From an uncultured Pseudomonadota bacterium (GTDB taxonomy: Bacteria > Oederibacteriota > Muellerivitia > Muellerivitales > Muellerivitaceae): a DNA stretch of 64,000 bases. The notes below the pieces were generated by a model that worked only from the letters and a program-made list of their open reading frames with translations, searched no databases and was not told the DNA's origin. Made by a program: the position numbers and the translations under genes. The stretch lies in contig CAWIIP010000002.1 of NCBI GenBank assembly GCA_963836235.1, positions 928,001 to 992,000 on the forward strand. Direction: 5' to 3'. The number at the start of each line of letters is the position of its first letter. Within the stretch, counting starts at the first letter, position 1. This document shows positions 59,901 to 64,000 of this stretch, in pieces.

Positions 59901-61102
59901 GCTGGGACCGGCGTGGCGGTCGGCGTATAAGTAGGTCCTCCGGGCGTTGGCGCACAGCCATATCCATTCGCGGCGGCCAGCCAACTGATGACCGAAACGC
60001 CATGGAAGGAAGTGCCCGTAAATGGTAAGGAAGTCAAACTCGTATTTATGACAGGGATTGAAGTGGATTCTCCTATAGACCAAGCAGTAGCGCTTAAGGT
60101 AATTCCGGCTTGATTTCCGCCATTCAACCAGGGAATAAAGCTTGTATCAAAAGCGATGCCGCCATCAGGCGCGGTATCGCTACCACCGGGGCCGGGACCG
60201 AATTCCCCAACCATGATGGCATAGGTACTGGCGAAGGAACCGACATTGGTATTCCAGGAGCTAGTGCTGATGCCATAATTGTCGTCATAAAGGTGGGCGT
60301 CATAAAGAATTCCATTGCCGCTTCCGGTATCCGTTAAGACATCACCGGGAAGTAAATTAGTGAAGGTTTGGCAATAATTAAGACCTCCGACGATGACAAC
60401 GTTGTTGGCGGTAGCAGTGGAATTGTTGGAGAGGGGTGTACCAAGCCCAGCCGCTGCTCTGACTGTAGCTAAAAGAGATTTGAACCCCGGGGTGGTAAAC
60501 CCCTCGTTCGCCGTTCCGCCATTCAGCCAAGTGCCGCCGGAACTAGGAAAGGGTTCATTGAAGAGATCAAAAAGCACGGCAGGATTATTGGCGTAGCGGG
60601 CCGCCACGCTGGTCCAAAAAGCTGTGCTGTTGCTGTCGGGCATGGAATATTGCTTGGTAGCTTGACCCGGGGATCCCTCACCAGACCAATGCAGGTCCAA
60701 AATGACATAAGCACCGTTTTCAGAACAGAGGTTGACGATGGAATCTACCAAATCCCGGTAGCTCCAAGTAAAGGTATTCCAACGGTCCTGGCTAAGGGGA
60801 AGACGGATGACATTGGCTTTCCAGGTGTTAATGGCATAGTTGATGGAGGCGGTGATTCCGCCACTCGAGGGACCATCATTATTACTAAACTCCAACCCGT
60901 CCACATCCACGCCCTTCAGGATGACGGTACAGCCGCCACTGGCTTCAACGATTCGGTTTCCAGAGATTTTAAGTTGGGGCGGTGCGGCCCATACTAAAGC
61001 GGGGAGTAAAATTCCAGAAAGGATGCCCAATTGAATGAAAAAAAACTTCGCCCGAAAAAAGCGGGGTTTGGTTTGAATCGATTTTTGGAACTTACTTTTC
61101 AT
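56912..61102 (-). CDS. Secreted modular GH5 glycoside hydrolase with CBM11/CIA30-like domain, ~490-aa Thr-rich stalk, Ig-like module and C-terminal sorting domain
   Basis: Signal peptide; ILDLHW, FDLFNEP, YDAHLY, MVGEFG; T/N/S/P stalk; CTD ending [10 protein letters not shown]...VKLLLLR. Confidence 0.88.
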   Translation of the reverse strand: MKSKFQKSIQTKPRFFRAKFFFIQLGILSGILLPALVWAAPPQLKISGNRIVEASGGCTVILKGVDVDGLEFSNNDGPSSGGITASINYAINTWKANVIRLPLSQDRWNTFTWSYRDLVDSIVNLCSENGAYVILDLHWSGEGSPGQATKQYSMPDSNSTAFWTSVAARYANNPAVLFDLFNEPFPSSGGTWLNGGTANEGFTTPGFKSLLATVRAAAGLGTPLSNNSTATANNVVIVGGLNYCQTFTNLLPGDVLTDTGSGNGILYDAHLYDDNYGISTSSWNTNVGSFASTYAIMVGEFGPGPGGSDTAPDGGIAFDTSFIPWLNGGNQAGITLSATAWSIGESTSIPVINTSLTSLPFTGTSFHGVSVISWLAAANGYGCAPTPGGPTYTPTATPVPASCWQVSNFTEDTFYNNTNGDWFTYDWTTASNTPVTPAMSTVSCPGGVPCSVIMDNSIAAVAPSSYSAHVTGGWACNGCVTDGGVTTYAGFALATQMNTGYSNLSWVTNISFYVQSTVAGVTLRFNLNNPHVAVAPLSWMGSLVGGGGTDNQYGFDFNVTTANTWQYVSVPVTACECQDWGGGSCPPVIGGVTYSLAQAITWVSSLQWETEGAPSTFGFWIDNVCLAGTAPPTATPSVVAATNTFTPTPSPTFTPTRTSTGTPTNTLTSTSSFTSTRTATLTPTNTVGNTSTNTPTSSPTATTTSTATRTTTASPTNSSTATLTNTVTSTTTFTSTGTTMATATNSPTRTPTFTATASSTNTVGNTSTATPTFTATNSPTYTMTNSPTKTVTSTVTATSTSTLASTATNTTTNTATGTTTNTATRTATQTPTNSPTATSTNTLTNTATNTSTSTATRTVTSTTTGTTTSTITQTATNTATKTATSTTTDTATPTISDTPTLSPTGTIVTSTPSSTPTKTGTSTATFTATNTGTNTATNTTTMTATKTPTSTTTSTTTNTAINTATSTPTNTLANSATNTATATATNTLANSATNTPTLTTSNTETKTTTFTPTNTLANSATSTATATATNTLANSATNTPTLTTSNTETKTTTFTPTNTLANSATTTPTLTASNTETKTTTSTPTNTLANTATETLTNSPTFTATVTLTNTPTITPTPTPTQVTVQASQGSSPPVDSTQPAGASNVAVQQVQLTNPGANAVTLSSLTLTESGASPTGITSVSLVDNGTVISTASFTGTTATFNLSSLTSNNVIPASNGAVTYEVVATFSTSAPTGTYTFSVTGGAGNNGQAVGFGGLPVPGAVVTISSATSTPSSTPNSTASLTPTSTLQPSSIPVVYPNPSTGGPVTVSATLSQASDTLSVQIFTVAFRDVQDNTVSTSSPGVTASVSGSTTAKTWHIPLALNDKSGAPLASGLYYVVISNHNGYHSVVKLLLLR
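57830..58200 (-). repeat. Tandem repeats (120-bp period, TNTLANSAT units) in the Thr-rich stalk
   Basis: 57901-58020 and 58021-58140 are near-identical. Confidence 0.85.
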
Positions 61103-61296
61103 TTCTAACCTTTAAAAAAATAACGGCTTCAACCATATGAACCAAAAGATTCGTGAATACAAAGAAGTTTACCACTATCTTTAAAACCATGTAAAAAACT
61201 ATTAAAGTTTTTTCTCATTCCAATCAAAACCACTTTCACCTTAAAGCATAGACTCTCAACCAATTAAAATACAAACAGTCATCCGCCAGCTTTAAT

Positions 61297-61323
61297 AAAA
61301 AAAGGCGGCCTTTCGGCCGCCTT
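61297..61323 (-). terminator. dnaK terminator
   Basis: AAGGCGGCC-GAAA-GGCCGCCTT plus T-tract on minus strand. Confidence 0.9.
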
Positions 61324-61353
61324 CCACAACTCAAATTTAGAACTATTTGTTAA

Positions 61354-63288
61354 TTATTTTTTATCTTTATCGACAGGTTCGTACTCAGCGTCAACCGGGC
61401 CTTCCTTCGGCTTTTCACCCTCAGCCTGTCCACCATTTTCGGCTTCCGGGCCGGAAGCCGCGCCTTGCTTCTCCGCTGAAGCTTTATACATAGCCTCGCC
61501 TAATTTCATGGAAGCTTGGCTCAGTTCCTCTGACGCCTTTTTAATGGCTTCCACGTCATCCCCGGCCAGGATCTTTTTCAGTTCCTCGAGTTTTTCCTCA
61601 ATCTTCTTCTTAGTCTCCGCGTCCACCTTGTCGCCATATTCCTTCAAGGCTTTTTCGGTGGAATAGGCCAGAGTATCAGCGTGGTTCTTGGCTTCGATCT
61701 TTTCTTTCTTTTTCTTATCCTCTTCGGCATGCAGTTCAGCGTCTTTCTGCATCTTCTTTATTTCTTCCTCCGACAAACCGGAAGAGGACTGAATGCGAAT
61801 GGACTGCTCCTTGCCCGTGCCCAAATCCTTGGCTCCAACATGAAGAATACCGTTGGCGTCGATGTTGAAAGTCACCTCAATCTGCGGAACCCCGCGTGGG
61901 GCTGGCGGTATTCCTACCAGGTCGAACCGGCCTAGGGTGCGGTTGTCCGCGGACATTTCCCTTTCGCCCTGTAACACATGGACGGACACCGTGCTTTGGC
62001 TGTCAGCGGCGGTCGAGAAGGTTTGGCTTTTCTTGACCGGGATCGTGGTATTGCGATCGATGATCTTGGTCATGACTCCCCCTAAGGTTTCCAAGCCCAG
62101 GGACAGGGGGGTCACATCCAATAGAATAACATCCTTCACTTCCCCCTTTAAGACACCGCCCTGGATGGCAGCGCCCACGGCCACCACTTCATCCGGGTTC
62201 ACGCCCTTGTGGGGCTCCTTTTTGAAGAAATCCTTCACGGCCTTGACTACCAAAGGCATTCGGGTCATGCCACCGACCAGCACCACTTCATGAATGTCGT
62301 CCACCGTTAACCCCGCGTCTTTCATGGCCTTCTTGCAGGGTTCCAAGGTTTTATCCACCATATCCGACACCAATTGTTCCAGTTTGGCCCGCGTCAACTT
62401 AACGTTTAAGTGTTTGGGACCGGAGGCGTCCGCCGTGATGAAGGGCAGGTTGATGTCGGTTTCTTGCGTCGTCGACAAGTCGATCTTGGCCTTCTCCGCC
62501 GTTTCTTTCAGGCGTTGCAGGGCCATGCGGTCGTTTTTTAAATCCACCCCGGTGTCTTTCTTGAATTCGTCGATGAGCCATTGGATGATGCGCTGGTCGA
62601 AATCGTCACCACCCAGGTGGGTGTCCCCATTGGTCGATTTAACTTCGAACACGCCATCACCTAATTCCAGCACGGAGATATCAAAGGTTCCCCCGCCCAA
62701 GTCATAGACGACGATCTTTTCGTTCTTTTGTTGCTTGTCCAAACCATAGGCTAGGGCGGCCGCGGTTGGCTCGTTGATGATGCGAAGCACGTTGAGTCCC
62801 GCGATTTTGCCCGCGTCTTTCGTGGCTTGCCGCTGGGCGTCATTGAAATAGGCCGGAACCGTGATGACGGCCTCGGTGATTTCGCTGCCCAAATAGGCTT
62901 CCGCGTCGGCCTTGAGCTTTTGTAGAATCATGGCGGATATCTCGGGAGGCGAATATTCCTTATCGTCCACCTTTACTCGCAAGTCACCGTTGGAAGCTTC
63001 CTTTAAGGTATAGGGAACCAACTTTTTATCCATTTCCACTTCCCCGTCATGCAGCTTGCGCCCCATGAAACGTTTGATGGAAAAAATCGTGTTCGTCGGA
63101 TTGGTGATGGCCTGATTTTTCGCGACCCGGCCCACTAATCTTTCCCCGGTTTTGGAGAACCCCACTACCGAAGGCGTAGTGCGGGCGCCCTCCGCGTTGG
63201 CGATCACCTTGGGCTCTCCGCCCTCCATGATGGCCATGCAGGAATTGGTCGTTCCTAAATCGATGCCTAATACTTTGTTCGTTGCCAT
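61354..63288 (-). CDS. dnaK: Chaperone DnaK (Hsp70)
   Basis: [32 protein letters not shown]; ATG 63288 behind AAGGAG. Confidence 0.99.
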   Translation of the reverse strand: MATNKVLGIDLGTTNSCMAIMEGGEPKVIANAEGARTTPSVVGFSKTGERLVGRVAKNQAITNPTNTIFSIKRFMGRKLHDGEVEMDKKLVPYTLKEASNGDLRVKVDDKEYSPPEISAMILQKLKADAEAYLGSEITEAVITVPAYFNDAQRQATKDAGKIAGLNVLRIINEPTAAALAYGLDKQQKNEKIVVYDLGGGTFDISVLELGDGVFEVKSTNGDTHLGGDDFDQRIIQWLIDEFKKDTGVDLKNDRMALQRLKETAEKAKIDLSTTQETDINLPFITADASGPKHLNVKLTRAKLEQLVSDMVDKTLEPCKKAMKDAGLTVDDIHEVVLVGGMTRMPLVVKAVKDFFKKEPHKGVNPDEVVAVGAAIQGGVLKGEVKDVILLDVTPLSLGLETLGGVMTKIIDRNTTIPVKKSQTFSTAADSQSTVSVHVLQGEREMSADNRTLGRFDLVGIPPAPRGVPQIEVTFNIDANGILHVGAKDLGTGKEQSIRIQSSSGLSEEEIKKMQKDAELHAEEDKKKKEKIEAKNHADTLAYSTEKALKEYGDKVDAETKKKIEEKLEELKKILAGDDVEAIKKASEELSQASMKLGEAMYKASAEKQGAASGPEAENGGQAEGEKPKEGPVDAEYEPVDKDKK

Positions 63289-63364
63289 AACTTTAACTCC
63301 TTTTGGTTTAAACCTTTTCGTCACCTACTATAGATTTTAAGACGGCAGCTTTTTATGACGCCTG

Positions 63365-63967
63365 TCAGCTCCCAGCCTTTTGATGATTCTTCGCCACTTT
63401 CACCAAGGCCGGCCTCAAGACCCGCTCATGGAGAACATAGCCGCTTTGCAATTCCTCCAGCACGGTCTCATCGGGAGCCTTGTCCGTTTCTTCCTGGAAC
63501 ATCACCTCGTGAAACCGGGGGTCAAATTTTTCTCCCAAGACCTTGATCTTGGTCACTCCGTGCTTTTCGAGCAAGGATTGAAACTGTTTCAAGGTCAACT
63601 CCACGCCTTGTTTCAAAACCAAAAGCCCTTTATCCGTATCGTCCGGCGGCAGGGCGCTGAGCGCCCTTTCCAAATTGTCCACAACCACCAGAAATTCCTT
63701 GAGAAGTCCGGCCTGTGAGAATTTAAGGAACTCTTCCTTTTCCTTCAAGGTCCGCTTCTTGTAGTTGTCAAAGTCCGAGGCCATCCAAACGAGCTGTTCT
63801 TTTATATCGTCGTGCTTTTTTTTCCATTCCTCCAGTTCGGCCTGAGCTTCCTTGGAAAGAACCGGCTCGTTCGGAATCACTGAGGCGTTTCCCGCGTCGT
63901 CGTATGTTTCCGCCTGGCTGGAAAGAATCTCAATTTCGGGTTCGGATTTGGCGTTCTTGTCCTGCAT
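63365..63967 (-). CDS. grpE: Nucleotide exchange factor GrpE
   Basis: DFDNYKKR, VDNLERAL, FDPRFHE, GYVLHERVLRPALVKV. Confidence 0.98.
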   Translation of the reverse strand: MQDKNAKSEPEIEILSSQAETYDDAGNASVIPNEPVLSKEAQAELEEWKKKHDDIKEQLVWMASDFDNYKKRTLKEKEEFLKFSQAGLLKEFLVVVDNLERALSALPPDDTDKGLLVLKQGVELTLKQFQSLLEKHGVTKIKVLGEKFDPRFHEVMFQEETDKAPDETVLEELQSGYVLHERVLRPALVKVAKNHQKAGS

Positions 63968-64000
63968 AAGCTATTCTCCTCGCATCATCAAGGCTGATTC

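Noticed and set aside
63968-64000. Possible 3' end of hrcA upstream of grpE
   Set aside because: Only ~10 codons are visible, so it cannot be identified

Overview
This is a ~55% GC bacterial chromosome segment, with almost all genes on the minus strand. The backbone follows the conserved order grpE-dnaK / dxr-rseP-ispG-proS-polC-rimP-nusA-infB-DUF503-rbfA-nrnA-truB-ribF-rpsO-pnp. It combines a Firmicutes-type PolC lacking the exonuclease insert with diderm markers (GT9 family protein, two DUF1207 beta-barrel-like proteins). By inference this fits a candidate lineage such as FCPU426/Goldbacteria/Firestonebacteria. Three things stand out. (1) Five secreted modular glycoside hydrolases (2x GH5, 2x clan GH-A with an inserted discoidin/CBM32-like module, 1x GH12) are inserted into the housekeeping order. 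All end in a Thr/Pro-rich linker plus a shared ~90-aa T9SS-like C-terminal sorting domain, and they show module shuffling, a conserved Cys mini-loop and shared upstream motifs. (2) There is an apparently complete sigma54 regulatory circuit. It consists of a Zn-ribbon/TPR enhancer-binding protein, three GTGTAA-N7-TTACAC-type sites, a consensus -24/-12 promoter and an unannotated ~86-nt sRNA with an exposed anti-Shine-Dalgarno. (3) The left end is one boundary of an integrated element (Rep_trans-like initiator, excisionase, XRE repressor with operator, tyrosine integrase), and the integrase ORF reads into the tRNA-Gln attachment site.
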